47,869 bases of DNA from Nitrospiraceae bacterium (GCA_002726235.1 PBSN01000003.1:1-47869), one strand, 5' to 3'; counted from the stretch's first letter, positions 10,244 through 20,298 are shown. Translations and numbers: made by a program. The notes: generated by a model from the sequence alone, not told the origin.

Positions 10244-10296
10244 GTCAGCCTCCTCTCATAATTTTCATCGCATATTGCGTTGTGCTACCGTCGATA

Positions 10297-10312
10297 CGCA
10301 AGGCCGGCACCA
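10297..10312 (-). promoter_or_regulatory. Possible sigma-54 promoter of the cupredoxin-like gene
   Basis: Minus strand TGGTGCCGGCCTTGCG has GG-N10-GC spacing and TTGC, 54 bp before the ATG; the -24 element is weaker than in the other sites. Confidence 0.4.
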
Positions 10313-10580
10313 CGTGACGTGAGCATGAATTCTTGGCAGAACCCCCTCCCACTCTGTTTCGTTCGTATGCCGAACTAGAGGTTCATCCGCGCACTGGCAA
10401 CTCTTGGCCTATTTGACTCATGTTATTCTCGCTATTGCAATGGATCGACAGGTTCAAATGCGGGCTATACGTACTGGTTCGCGTGTACTTCAGCAGGCTA
10501 TGTACGAAGCTACGTGGATGGTCATATAATTTGGGTGAGAGAGTTATTTCATCCTGACATTCTACTAGGAAGAACATGGA

Positions 10581-11367
10581 ATGAACTACCTGCCAGAACT
10601 CCTAATCCAATTCTGGGTTGATTATTATACGCTCAAACCAGACGTTCGAGAGACCTACGGCCTCCTTCGTCATGAGGGCCGTCATGAGGGCGAAGACGTC
10701 CTGCATGACCCTATTGCGACTTGGATATTTGATGATCCTAAGGTTAATGTCGCTCAACTTGCGAAATCATTTGTTGCTTGCGGGTATATGGCATGCGACC
10801 ATTGCGCTTTTCCTGAGAAGAGGTTAGGGGCCTGGCAGTTCAAACACATGGATGGAAGCCTTCCTAAGGTGTTTATCAGCGAACTCCACGTGTCTTTGTT
10901 CTCTCCAGAATTCCAAGTTGTGGGGCAAGAATTAATCTGACAGGCTGTAAGGGTTTCAGCGAGTGCTGGGCCTTCTCGGTGTGCGAGTAGCCACGGAGAG
11001 TTTCGTCTGAGCAGTATGAGAGGTTGCGATTCGAGGGCAAATATGGGGCTAGAATGTTCGCATCTAGTTTTCAAGCCAATCACTTTACCGTCGACGCGAA
11101 TGCATTGAATGTGTTGAAGGGGTGCCGAGGTCTTGAATCGCTGAACGAGATGCCAAAGGCCCATGGTTTCCGACTGAATGCGCAAGGTGGAGAAATCAAA
11201 GGGTCTCCAGCCATATCCCTGTTGAGTTTACCGATGGCATCTATACGATTCCATGGTGCTACTATGAATTTGCAAAGCGATATCCCATGCCGATTGGTGA
11301 GATATACCGCGGGTCTATCACGTCGGCCTCAGATAAAATATTTGAAAATTCCTACAGGGAACAGTGA
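10581..11367 (+). pseudogene. DUF1338 (2-oxoadipate dioxygenase/decarboxylase-like) pseudogene
   Basis: Family motifs are spread over three frames: PKVFISEL (stop at 10938-10940), ANHFTV...GGEIKGSP, and YYEFAKRYP...SASDKIFE (stop at 11365-11367). Confidence 0.85.
10668..10691 (+). repeat. 12-bp tandem duplication CGTCATGAGGGC x2
   Basis: Exact repeat giving RHEG-RHEG inside the DUF1338 pseudogene. Confidence 0.9.
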
Positions 11368-11376
11368 AGAGTTAAG

Positions 11377-12609
11377 ATGAGGGATTTCAAGCCGTATCTG
11401 GATTGGATCGACCAGCGGCACGATACTATGTGTCAATTGGTCATTGAGTGGGCAAATATCAACTCTCACAGTTACAACCTTGCTGGACTCAGTGATTTTC
11501 TAACGTGCCTCCGAACAGCATTCAGTGCATTGGAAGGCGAGATGGAAGACATTGCCCTCGATCCTCATCAGGTGATCAATGCGCGAGGAGAACCCGAAGA
11601 AATATCATTGGGAAGAATGCTCTTCGTTCGGAAACGGCCCTCTGCTCCAATTCAAGTTTTGTTGGGGATTCATCTCGATACGGTGTATCCCGCAGATCAT
11701 CCGTTCCAAAGGGTTATACGTATTGATGATCGGCGGCTACAAGGGCCGGGAGTTGCGGATGCCAAGGGTGGACTGGTTATCCTTCTTACGGCTCTCAATG
11801 CGTTCGAGCGAAGTCCATTGGCAAAGAACATTGGATGGGAGGTATTTCTCAATCCCGATGAAGAGATTGGCTCTCCTGGATCGGCCCCGGTGTTAACCCA
11901 ACGTGCCAAACGGTATCATCTTGGCCTGTTGTTCGAATCAGGGTTGATGAACGGAAACCTGGTCAGTGAACGACAGGGCACCGGAGACTATACGGTCGTT
12001 GTCCGAGGACGTTCGGCACATGTGGGACGTGATCCCTATCGTGGGCGGAATGCGGCGCATGCACTCGCTCGTTTCATCATAGGAGCGAACGCTCTGCAGG
12101 ATGAGCGCAACGATATCATTGTCAATGTGGCGCAACTGTCGAGCAATGGCGCCGTCAATGTTGTGCCTGATTTTGCCGTTGGACGGATTGGCGTACGGAT
12201 TGCTCGTAGGGATGACCAACAGACCGTTCAACAACACCTTGAGCAGCTCATCGCGAAACTTGAAATCACTGAAGGCGTTTCTGCAACGTTGCATGGAGGC
12301 ATCCGGAAACCTCCAAAAGTTCTCGACACCATAACAACAAATCTTCTCGAAAATTTCAGAATCTGCGGGGCCTCGCTGGGGTTGGCGCTGGAGTGGCACC
12401 CGACGGCAGGGGCGTCTGATGGGAACATCTTGGCCGCGGCTGGCTTGCCGACGGTGGATTCGCTCGGAGCAAGGGGAGGTGACACTCATAGCCCTAGAGA
12501 ATTCCTCGAGGTCGACAGCTTGACCGAAAGAGCCAAGCTCGTCGCTCTTTTTCTCATGAAACTCGCCGCAGGAGAGCTGGTATTTTCACCGACGCAATCG
12601 TATCGGTGA
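11377..12609 (+). CDS. M20 family metallo-hydrolase (probable succinylglutamate desuccinylase substitute)
   Basis: M20 metal motifs HLDTV, GVADAKGG, PDEEIGS, SDGN, HSPRE; first intact gene of the ast cluster. Confidence 0.85.
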   Translation: MRDFKPYLDWIDQRHDTMCQLVIEWANINSHSYNLAGLSDFLTCLRTAFSALEGEMEDIALDPHQVINARGEPEEISLGRMLFVRKRPSAPIQVLLGIHLDTVYPADHPFQRVIRIDDRRLQGPGVADAKGGLVILLTALNAFERSPLAKNIGWEVFLNPDEEIGSPGSAPVLTQRAKRYHLGLLFESGLMNGNLVSERQGTGDYTVVVRGRSAHVGRDPYRGRNAAHALARFIIGANALQDERNDIIVNVAQLSSNGAVNVVPDFAVGRIGVRIARRDDQQTVQQHLEQLIAKLEITEGVSATLHGGIRKPPKVLDTITTNLLENFRICGASLGLALEWHPTAGASDGNILAAAGLPTVDSLGARGGDTHSPREFLEVDSLTERAKLVALFLMKLAAGELVFSPTQSYR

Positions 12610-12627
12610 CGTGAACTCACGACTCCC

Positions 12628-14043
12628 ATGGATGGTCAACTGAACAGTCAATGTGTTGCAGATCAATTCCATCAGGATCCGCGTGTCATCCAAGCCAAGC
12701 GGTTGATCCTTGATGCCCTCTCGACTCACCAGCACAAACTTGACGGGCCGCGTCCATCGAACTCCTCTCTTGATACTTCCTACATGGCGTTGCTTGGAGA
12801 GGCGGGAAAGTTACGTGGACGACCTCTCATGCTCCCGTACATCGGGACGGGTATTGGAAGAGGGGCCTTGGTTGAGTTGGGTGATGGAAGTGTCAAGTAT
12901 GACTTCATCAGTGGCATTGGTGTCCATGTGCTTGGGCACAGCCACCCCGCCATTGTTATGGCCGCGATTGATGCGGCCCTCAGTGACACTATCATGCAAG
13001 GCAATCTCCAACAGAATTCCGAATCAGTCGAACTTGCGCGTGAATTGTGTGAAGTTGGGAATCGGAATGATGGCCATTTTACGCATTGTTTTTTGGCTAC
13101 AAGTGGGGCGATGGCGAATGAAAATGCACTCAAGCTCGTATTTCAACAGAAAGCCCCGGCCAATCGCATTCTTGCTTTTCGAGGAGGGTTTGCTGGGCGC
13201 ACGCTAGCACTTTCCCACATCACCGACCGACCGGAGTATCGACAAGGGTTACCAGAGACCGTAGCTGTGGATTATGTGCCGTTTTTCGATTCTGAGTGTC
13301 CAATAAAAAGCACGAGTGAGGCCTCACAGCAACTTCGCTATCATCTTCAGAAATACCCTGGCGAGCATGCGGTGATGATTTTTGAATTAATTCAGGGTGA
13401 AGGAGGAGTGTATCCAGGAAATCGAGAGTTTTTCATTGCTCTGATGGATATTCTTCGTGAGCATCATGTTCCCATTATGATCGATGAGATTCAGACCTTC
13501 GGCCGAACCACCGAGCCGTTCGCGTTCCAACACTTCGGTCTCGACGAGTATGTGGATGTGGTGACGGTTGGGAAGCTTCTTCAGGTGTGCGCAACGCTCT
13601 TCTCAGAACCACTCAACCCTTCCGGCCCATTGCTGAGCCAGACGTTTACTGGGAGTACGTCAGCGATTTTTGCTGCCCGAGCTATTCTTCGAGAACTTCT
13701 GAGCGGGGATTACTTTGGAGAAGCGGGAAAGATATTAAAGTTTGGAAATTACTTCATCTCTAGGCTCACGGCCATTCAGCAACGTCATCCTGAGGCAATT
13801 GATGGGCCTTTTGGTTTCGGCGGAATGATCGCGTTCACTCCGTTTGGAGGGAATCCGCAAAAAGCTGCACAACTCGTCAGAGCGCTGTTTGAGGCTGGAG
13901 TACTGTGTTTTACGGGGGGGAATCAACCTGCACGCATACGGTTTCTCGTTCCGTATGGCGCGGTCCGTTACGAGGATATCGATGCCGTCACAGTGATAGT
14001 GGAACAGACCATCAGCCGGATAGTAAGTCTTCGAGGTGGATGA
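12628..14043 (+). CDS. Class III PLP aminotransferase (probable succinylornithine aminotransferase, AstC role)
   Basis: DFISGIGVHVLGHSHP, SGAMANENALK, ELIQGEGG, DEIQTFGRT, VGK (PLP lysine), SQTF; coupled to astA. Confidence 0.85.
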   Translation: MDGQLNSQCVADQFHQDPRVIQAKRLILDALSTHQHKLDGPRPSNSSLDTSYMALLGEAGKLRGRPLMLPYIGTGIGRGALVELGDGSVKYDFISGIGVHVLGHSHPAIVMAAIDAALSDTIMQGNLQQNSESVELARELCEVGNRNDGHFTHCFLATSGAMANENALKLVFQQKAPANRILAFRGGFAGRTLALSHITDRPEYRQGLPETVAVDYVPFFDSECPIKSTSEASQQLRYHLQKYPGEHAVMIFELIQGEGGVYPGNREFFIALMDILREHHVPIMIDEIQTFGRTTEPFAFQHFGLDEYVDVVTVGKLLQVCATLFSEPLNPSGPLLSQTFTGSTSAIFAARAILRELLSGDYFGEAGKILKFGNYFISRLTAIQQRHPEAIDGPFGFGGMIAFTPFGGNPQKAAQLVRALFEAGVLCFTGGNQPARIRFLVPYGAVRYEDIDAVTVIVEQTISRIVSLRGG

Positions 14044-15104
14044 TGATTTTCATTCGGCCTGCGACGCCTGAGGATTTGGATCAACTGGTTCAACTCGCAT
14101 CGATGACGGGGTTTGGTCTCAGCACACTTCCCCCGGATAAAGAGTACCTGGAAAAACGCCTTCACGAGGTCAATCAAAGTTTCGCTGAACTCATGAGTGG
14201 AGGGAAGGGGCAAACATTCCTGTTTGTGATGATCGAGGGAGAACAAGTCATTGGGACGTGTGGCATTGTGACAGGCGCTGGGGGGGCAATGCCGTTTTAC
14301 GCATATCGGATTGATACTATGCACGTTGAATCCACGGTGCTCAAAATCTGTAAGGCGATTAGGGTGCTCAATCTTGTCGATCACTACGAGAAATGCTGCG
14401 AGATAGGTAGCCTATTTTTGAGGCCGGACCACGCGGGAAAAGGATTACGTGGTCTTGGCCGGCTTCTGAGTTCATCCCGATTCCTCTTCATGGCTGAGCA
14501 CCTAGAGGCATTTGAGTCAGTGGTTATTGCCGAAATGCGTGGCGTTGTCGATGAGTGCGGGCAGTCCGCTTTTTGGGAATCTCTGGGACGCCATTTTTTT
14601 GACGTTGATTTTCCAAAAGCAGATTATTTGAGCATGAAGAACAAGACATTTGTATCCGAATTGATGCCACGTCATCCAATCTACCTCCCGTTACTTCCAG
14701 CGGAAGCACAAACTGTGATTGGACACGTTCATGAGAAAACGGTTCCGGCTCTGAGCCTTTTGCAATCGGAAGGGTTTGAGCCCACCAATATGGTGGATAT
14801 CTTTGAGGCTGGCCCCATCGTTCGTTGCGCGAAGGAGGAGGTTTTCACCGTAAGAGAATCGAGACGATCGACGATCGCAAAGGTGACGTCGGGTGAACCT
14901 GCGAACACACGTTGCCTCCTCAGTAATACCCAGCGAGAATTTCGTGCTTGTTTAGGTTCCATCGAGGAGGTCATTAACGGTGAAGTCCGAATAAGCCATC
15001 AGGTGGCATCTGCACTAAGGGTAAAAAAAGGGGATTGGATACGACATGCTCCCATTCCTTCTTCAAAACGACACATGCTTCATTCATCAACGGGAGTGAA
15101 GTGA
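14040..15104 (+). CDS. astA: Arginine N-succinyltransferase
   Basis: Start at 14040 or 14043; EIGSLFL, RLLSSSRFLF, VIAEMRGV, FWESLGRHFF, ELMPRHPIY, VDIFEAGP. Confidence 0.95.
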   Translation: MMIFIRPATPEDLDQLVQLASMTGFGLSTLPPDKEYLEKRLHEVNQSFAELMSGGKGQTFLFVMIEGEQVIGTCGIVTGAGGAMPFYAYRIDTMHVESTVLKICKAIRVLNLVDHYEKCCEIGSLFLRPDHAGKGLRGLGRLLSSSRFLFMAEHLEAFESVVIAEMRGVVDECGQSAFWESLGRHFFDVDFPKADYLSMKNKTFVSELMPRHPIYLPLLPAEAQTVIGHVHEKTVPALSLLQSEGFEPTNMVDIFEAGPIVRCAKEEVFTVRESRRSTIAKVTSGEPANTRCLLSNTQREFRACLGSIEEVINGEVRISHQVASALRVKKGDWIRHAPIPSSKRHMLHSSTGVK

Positions 15105-16570
15105 TGTCACATCTGTGCCATGTCATCGCGAACCACTGGGTTGCAGGGATTGGAAAAGAGTTTCTCTCGGTGAACCCTGCTTCGGGTGAAAAGATGTGGG
15201 AGGGAACAGCTGCAACGAAGGTCGAAGTTGAGCAGGCAGTGCAGGCAGCTCGAAAGGCAACGGTTTCGTGGGCCGCGATCAAGGTTCACGAACGGATGGC
15301 ATATCTTGAGACGTTCCGCGACAAACTGTCTGAACGAAAGGAACACTTCGTTCACGTTATATCACAGGACACTGGCAAGCCATTATGGGAATCTCGAACA
15401 GAAGTCGAAGCAATGGTGACAAAGATTGCACTATCAATACAGGCCTATGAGGAGTTCAGTCTTTCTTCTCGAAACGATTCTGCACAAGCGCGAGCATCGG
15501 TTCGACGAAAACCTCACGGAGTCGTCGCAGTACTCGGCCCATTCAACCTCCCTGGCCACCTTCCAAATGCTCATATGGTGCCCGCCTTGATTGCCGGTAA
15601 TACCGTTGTTTTCAAACCGAGCGAGTTGACGCCAGCAGTGGGGCGAGAGTTGGCAAAGCTGTGGCTCACCGCCGATCTTCCGGCAGGAGTTTTCAACATG
15701 GTTCAGGGGGGTGCCGAAACGGGCCGCTACCTGATCGAGCATCTCGGTATCAATGGAGTGTTCTTCACAGGAGGATATGACGCAGGAAGGTCCATCCATC
15801 TTGCACTTGCAGGTTCTCCAGAGAAGATTGTTGCCTTGGAGATGGGTGGGAACAATCCACTTGCTATTGCGAATGTGGATGATGTCGATGCTGCTGCCTA
15901 TTGGACAATTCAGTCGGCCTTTATCACATCAGGACAGCGTTGCACCTGTGCACGTCGCCTCATCGTCCTTGAGAACGAGAAAAGTGATCGATTTCTTGAC
16001 TGTCTCATTGGCATGATGAAAGGGATACGTATCGGTCCCTACACCACTGATCCGGAACCATTTATGGGACCGGTGATCTCCACGTGTGCAGCGGACAGAC
16101 TGCTGGGTGCACAGGANAGCTTATGCAAGCAAGGTGGGGTCTGTCTTGTCGAGATGAACCGTATGGATGGTGGCGCAATGCTGGTGCCCGGTCTGATCGA
16201 CATGACGTATGCGAAGCAACGATCGGATGATGAGTTATTTGGACCCCTCTTGCAGGTAGTTCGCGTACAGACATTTGAGCAACTTATCGCGGAGGCAAAT
16301 GAGACAGCTTACGGGTTGGCGGCAGGGATCTTCTCCGACGAACCAGCAATGTATGAGAAGTTCTATTGTGGCGTGCGTACTGGCATCGTGAATTGGAACT
16401 ATCCATTAACCGGCGCCAGTGGACGGATGCCCTTCGGAGGGATTGGGCGAAGTGGAAATTATCGACCGAGCGGGTACTATGCTGCCCAATACTGTTCCTA
16501 TCCTATCGCTTCTCTTGAACAACACCGGCTGGCGATGCCGAAAAACTTAACCCCTGGAATCTCATTGTGA
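15104..16570 (+). CDS. astD: Succinylglutamate-semialdehyde dehydrogenase
   Basis: ALDH with the AstD signature GPFNLPGHLPNAH, ALEMGGNNPL, SGQRCTCARR, GNYRPSGYYAAQYCSYP. Confidence 0.95.
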   Translation: MSHLCHVIANHWVAGIGKEFLSVNPASGEKMWEGTAATKVEVEQAVQAARKATVSWAAIKVHERMAYLETFRDKLSERKEHFVHVISQDTGKPLWESRTEVEAMVTKIALSIQAYEEFSLSSRNDSAQARASVRRKPHGVVAVLGPFNLPGHLPNAHMVPALIAGNTVVFKPSELTPAVGRELAKLWLTADLPAGVFNMVQGGAETGRYLIEHLGINGVFFTGGYDAGRSIHLALAGSPEKIVALEMGGNNPLAIANVDDVDAAAYWTIQSAFITSGQRCTCARRLIVLENEKSDRFLDCLIGMMKGIRIGPYTTDPEPFMGPVISTCAADRLLGAQXSLCKQGGVCLVEMNRMDGGAMLVPGLIDMTYAKQRSDDELFGPLLQVVRVQTFEQLIAEANETAYGLAAGIFSDEPAMYEKFYCGVRTGIVNWNYPLTGASGRMPFGGIGRSGNYRPSGYYAAQYCSYPIASLEQHRLAMPKNLTPGISL

Positions 16571-17916
16571 ATATAGCCGCGTGGGAGGTGAATTTTGACG
16601 GGCTTTCCGGGCCGACTCATTCCTACGGAGGCCTTTCGTATGGGAATATTGCATCCATGAAGAATCGACTCAGCGCCTCAAATCCCAAAGCGGCCGCTCT
16701 TCAGGGTTTAAAAAAAATGAAGCTACTCCATGATTTCGGTATTAAGCAGGGCATTCTGCCTCCGCATGAACGGCCTGATTTTAACATGCTAAGACGGTTA
16801 GGATTTGCTGGCACCGAGGCGGAAATATTGGAGAAATCCAGCCGAGCAGATATGCAACTTCTTCTCGCATGTTTTAGTTCATCGGGGATGTGGGCTGCCA
16901 ATGCAGCCACGGTGTCACCGAGTTCGGACACTCGTGATGGACGGGTCCATTTCACCCCTGCAAACCTGGTCAGTGAGTTTCACCGGTCCATTGAAGCGCC
17001 CTTCACTGGACGTGTGTTAAGGAGGATTTTCCACGACGACAGACATTTTTCTCACCACGCGCCAATTCCAGGGAGCCTTTGTTTTTCGGACGAAGGTAGC
17101 GCAAACCATCTGCGCCTTTGTCGATTGTACAATGAACCAGGGCTTGAGATATTCGTCTATGGCCGTGAAGCCTTAAGTTTGGGAGATAGATATCCGACCG
17201 CGTATCCAGCTCGTCAGACAAGAGAAGCATCAATGGCCGTAAAACGCCTGCACGAATTGCGTGATGATGCCACCCTTGTCACTCAACAGAATCCTGTGGC
17301 GATCGACCAAGGGGTCTTTCATAATGATGTCATTTGCGTTGGGGATCGGAATTTGCTGTGGTATCACGCGGATGCGTTTTTAGATGGCCCAGGCACAATT
17401 TCTAGTATCCGGAGGATATGTGCTGAACACTACGACATCGAGCTGAATGCTATTAAAATTACAGACCGACAACTGCCGATCGATCAAGCCGTCCAATCCT
17501 ATATCTTTAACAGCCAACTGGTGACGCTACCTGATCAGTCGCAATATCTCATCGCGCCCTCTCGGTGTTGCGAGATTGCCTCAGCTCGGGCATGTATTAA
17601 TGCGCTTGTGGATGATAGTGGAATTCAGCATGTGTGCTATGTTGATCTCGAACAGAGCATGCTCAATGGCGGTGGGCCTGCCTGCCTACGGCTTCGCGTT
17701 GTCCTGACGGATGAGGAACTGGCTCATGTGCATGAGAATGTGATACTGACCGAATTGCGCTATGAGTGTTTGGTGGGTTGGGTCAGCCGGAATTTTCGTG
17801 ATCGTCTCCACATTGACGACCTTGCAGACCCACTTTTTTTGACGGAATGCCAGAAAACATTGGATGAACTAACTGCGATTTTGGACCTTGGTTCACTATA
17901 CGAGTTTCAACGGTAA
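16567..17916 (+). CDS. astB: N-succinylarginine dihydrolase
   Basis: EVNFDGLSGPTHSYGGLSYGN, SGMWAANAATVSPS, GVFHNDVI, SMLNGGGPACLRLRV. Confidence 0.97.
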   Translation: MNIAAWEVNFDGLSGPTHSYGGLSYGNIASMKNRLSASNPKAAALQGLKKMKLLHDFGIKQGILPPHERPDFNMLRRLGFAGTEAEILEKSSRADMQLLLACFSSSGMWAANAATVSPSSDTRDGRVHFTPANLVSEFHRSIEAPFTGRVLRRIFHDDRHFSHHAPIPGSLCFSDEGSANHLRLCRLYNEPGLEIFVYGREALSLGDRYPTAYPARQTREASMAVKRLHELRDDATLVTQQNPVAIDQGVFHNDVICVGDRNLLWYHADAFLDGPGTISSIRRICAEHYDIELNAIKITDRQLPIDQAVQSYIFNSQLVTLPDQSQYLIAPSRCCEIASARACINALVDDSGIQHVCYVDLEQSMLNGGGPACLRLRVVLTDEELAHVHENVILTELRYECLVGWVSRNFRDRLHIDDLADPLFLTECQKTLDELTAILDLGSLYEFQR

Positions 17917-17984
17917 AGGGTGGCACAGGAATGAGTGATGAATATTCATTACGCAATGTCACTGGCGTGTGAGTTGCTACAACC

Positions 17985-19883
17985 ATGAACGAACTGGAAT
18001 TGCTTCGCGCGGTCCTTAATTCANCCACAGACGCTATTTGCCTTGTTGGGCATGATCGAAAATTGAAGGTGAGCAATCCTGCCTACGACAAGATTCTCGT
18101 GCATGTGGGTGTTCTGGATGAAGAAGATTGGGAGGCCAGCACGTGCTTCCTCACCGATGACGTCATACGAAAAGTCTCGACAGATTACGAAGATACCAAA
18201 CAGGTTGCAGACCGAATGATCCAATGGTTGGACTCTCAGGAATGCCACTGGGACACGGTTNGCCAGTCTGATGGACGCGTCTTTCAGCGACGGTGTATTC
18301 CTATTCCCAACCATGGCCATTTGTTCATCACCCAAGATATTACTTCTCATGTTCAGGAAAAGGCACGATATCAGACGTTACTACAAATCAACAACGCCCT
18401 AGTCTTGAAACTTGACAAAGATGCCTTGTTTCACGCAGTGGCTGAGGAAATACATCGTGTTGCGGCATTCGATCAGGCCGGCATCACGGTCTATGACCCC
18501 GTAGCAGACAAGTTTTTTATCTATGTTCTCGAGGCAACCACCTCCAAGCGCCATCTGAAACGCGGGATGGAGATTCCTCATGTCGGTAGTGCCATGGGCT
18601 GGGCGATGGATCATCGAACTCCCTGCGTTCGATCCGATCTGTCAGCCGTGAGAGACTTTTTTGAGGATGATTTGTTTTATCGCGAAGGTCTACAATCGGC
18701 CGTGAGCATTCCCATGCAATTCGACGAAACCGTTCTGGGGACGTTTACTGTTGCAAGCCGAGAGCCGAGACATTTTTCGGACACTCACATCAAGTTCCTT
18801 ACTGATATGGCTGTACAGATGGCCATCGCCTTTCGAAATGTGAATTGTGTTCAGGATGTTGAGCACACGAAGGTCCAGCTACATAACCAGACGATATATC
18901 TGAAGCAGGAGGTTGAGGAGAAAGGGCATTTTTCTGCAATTGTTGGTGATAGTCAAGCTTTGAAACCCATGCTCTCCAATATAGAGACCGTTGCACCGAC
19001 AGATTCGACGGTGCTGATTCTGGGGGAGACTGGAACAGGGAAGGAACTCGTTGCGCGGGCGATTCATGCAGAGAGTGCGCGCAAGGCCGGTCCTATGGTC
19101 ACGGTCAACTGCGGGGCGGTGCCAGCGGGGTTGCTTGAAAGTGAGATGTTTGGACACGAGCGTGGTTCGTTCACCGGTGCTTTATCAAGGAAAATCGGCC
19201 GTTTCGAAGTAGCTCAAGGTGGGACTATCTTTCTGGATGAGGTCAGCGAGCTTCCGCTTGAGCTTCAGGCCAAGTTGCTCAGGATCGTGGAGGAGCAAAC
19301 CTTTGAGCGTCTTGGTAGTACTGAAACCCACCGTCTGAATGTTCGTATTATTGCGGCAACCAATTGCGATCTTGGTGCGGCGGTCACGGCTAAGACGTTT
19401 CGTGAAGATCTCTTTTACCGTATCAATGTTTTTCCTGTTCACGTACCTTCACTCAGGGAACGGAAGGACGACATTCCATTACTCACCCGTTACTTCGTCA
19501 CGAGATTTATGAGGAAGATGAATAAACGCATTGATGAGGTCGATCCCAAGGCGATGGAACAGTTGTCTCAGTACCATTGGCCTGGCAATGTTCGAGAATT
19601 GCTTCATGTTCTGGAGCGGGCTGTGATTCTCTGCAACGGACCCACCCTTGTGTTGCCGGATGATTTCACAGGGATGCCGATGTTAGAAGATAAAGGGCTA
19701 CGGCCTCACGCTCTGTTAACGTTGGAACAGATGGAACGGGAATACATTGTTGAAACTCTAGAGAAAACCTTCTGGGCGATTGGGGGAGCTAAAGGTGCGG
19801 CGAAAATTCTTGGTCTCCATCCCAATACCCTCCGAAGTCGGATGGAGAAACTCGGAATAAGAAAGACTACCCACTCCTCCTAA
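17985..19883 (+). CDS. Sigma-54 enhancer-binding activator, FhlA-like (PAS-like, GAF, AAA+, HTH)
   Basis: GETGTGKELVARAIH, ESEMFGHERGSFTGA, FLDEVSEL, WPGNVREL; FhlA-type HTH GGAKGAAKILGLHPNTLRSRMEKLGI. Confidence 0.93.
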   Translation: MNELELLRAVLNSXTDAICLVGHDRKLKVSNPAYDKILVHVGVLDEEDWEASTCFLTDDVIRKVSTDYEDTKQVADRMIQWLDSQECHWDTVXQSDGRVFQRRCIPIPNHGHLFITQDITSHVQEKARYQTLLQINNALVLKLDKDALFHAVAEEIHRVAAFDQAGITVYDPVADKFFIYVLEATTSKRHLKRGMEIPHVGSAMGWAMDHRTPCVRSDLSAVRDFFEDDLFYREGLQSAVSIPMQFDETVLGTFTVASREPRHFSDTHIKFLTDMAVQMAIAFRNVNCVQDVEHTKVQLHNQTIYLKQEVEEKGHFSAIVGDSQALKPMLSNIETVAPTDSTVLILGETGTGKELVARAIHAESARKAGPMVTVNCGAVPAGLLESEMFGHERGSFTGALSRKIGRFEVAQGGTIFLDEVSELPLELQAKLLRIVEEQTFERLGSTETHRLNVRIIAATNCDLGAAVTAKTFREDLFYRINVFPVHVPSLRERKDDIPLLTRYFVTRFMRKMNKRIDEVDPKAMEQLSQYHWPGNVRELLHVLERAVILCNGPTLVLPDDFTGMPMLEDKGLRPHALLTLEQMEREYIVETLEKTFWAIGGAKGAAKILGLHPNTLRSRMEKLGIRKTTHSS

Positions 19884-19944
19884 CGACACCATTTCGCGGT
19901 CCTCCGTAGCTTCTTTGGATGACTGTAGTATAGCTAAATCATCC

Positions 19945-20134
19945 TTAAACTGGCCTCTCCGGTTTATTGTCCGCGGTATACACCTCGGCACAACGATCAC
20001 AGAGTCCATCTGATGGAAAGCAGGAAGGAAATTCCGCATGGATCTCCCCCTGTACGGCCTCTGGCAACGAGCTGGACTCAACTCACACATGTGACGGGAA
20101 CTCACACACGGCCACATGAGACAGCGCTGCGCCC
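19945..20134 (-). pseudogene. 3' remnant of a gene encoding a CxxC...CxxC (Zn-finger-like) C-terminus
   Basis: Minus strand reads SC/AVCEFPSHV*VESSSLPEAVQGEIHAEFPSCFPSDGLCDRCAEVY...*, with one frameshift and a TGA at 20083-20085 where Trp (TGG) would fit. Confidence 0.5.
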
Positions 20135-20236
20135 TCTGTTTTCCAATACTCGAGTCAGACACAAGTAGTAATACATGTGAAGGAGGTCAGCCCTCCCAAT
20201 GTCGTTGTCAATTAGGGCGCTATCCTTGTTTTTCAC
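20102..20236 (-). pseudogene. Alternative or truncated 2-oxoacid dehydrogenase E1-alpha N-terminus (44 aa)
   Basis: GAGGAGAGG RBS then GTG at 20236; [34 protein letters not shown] aligns with E1-alpha [22 protein letters not shown]. Confidence 0.8.
20135..20192. repeat. Left arm of 58-bp inverted repeat (partner 20933-20990)
   Basis: 20141-20188 is the exact reverse complement of 20937-20984 (48 bp); 56 of 58 match when extended. Confidence 0.95.
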
Positions 20237-20298
20237 ATCGCACACCTCTCCTCAAAGCAATACAATCCGAATAATCCCACCCACTTCTCTCTATGTGA

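Noticed and set aside
17963..17978. TGGCGTGTGAGTTGCT, a GG-N10-GC match before the activator gene
   Set aside because: The predicted TSS (about 17989) would fall downstream of the ATG at 17985, so it cannot serve that start; not called.
19758..20162. 134-aa minus-strand ORF from the track
   Set aside because: It overlaps the activator 3' end and is in a different frame from the recognisable remnants.
20256..20271. Leftward TTGCT as a sigma-54 promoter for the orphan E1-alpha N-terminus
   Set aside because: GG to GC spacing is 8 rather than 10, and it lies too close to the RBS.
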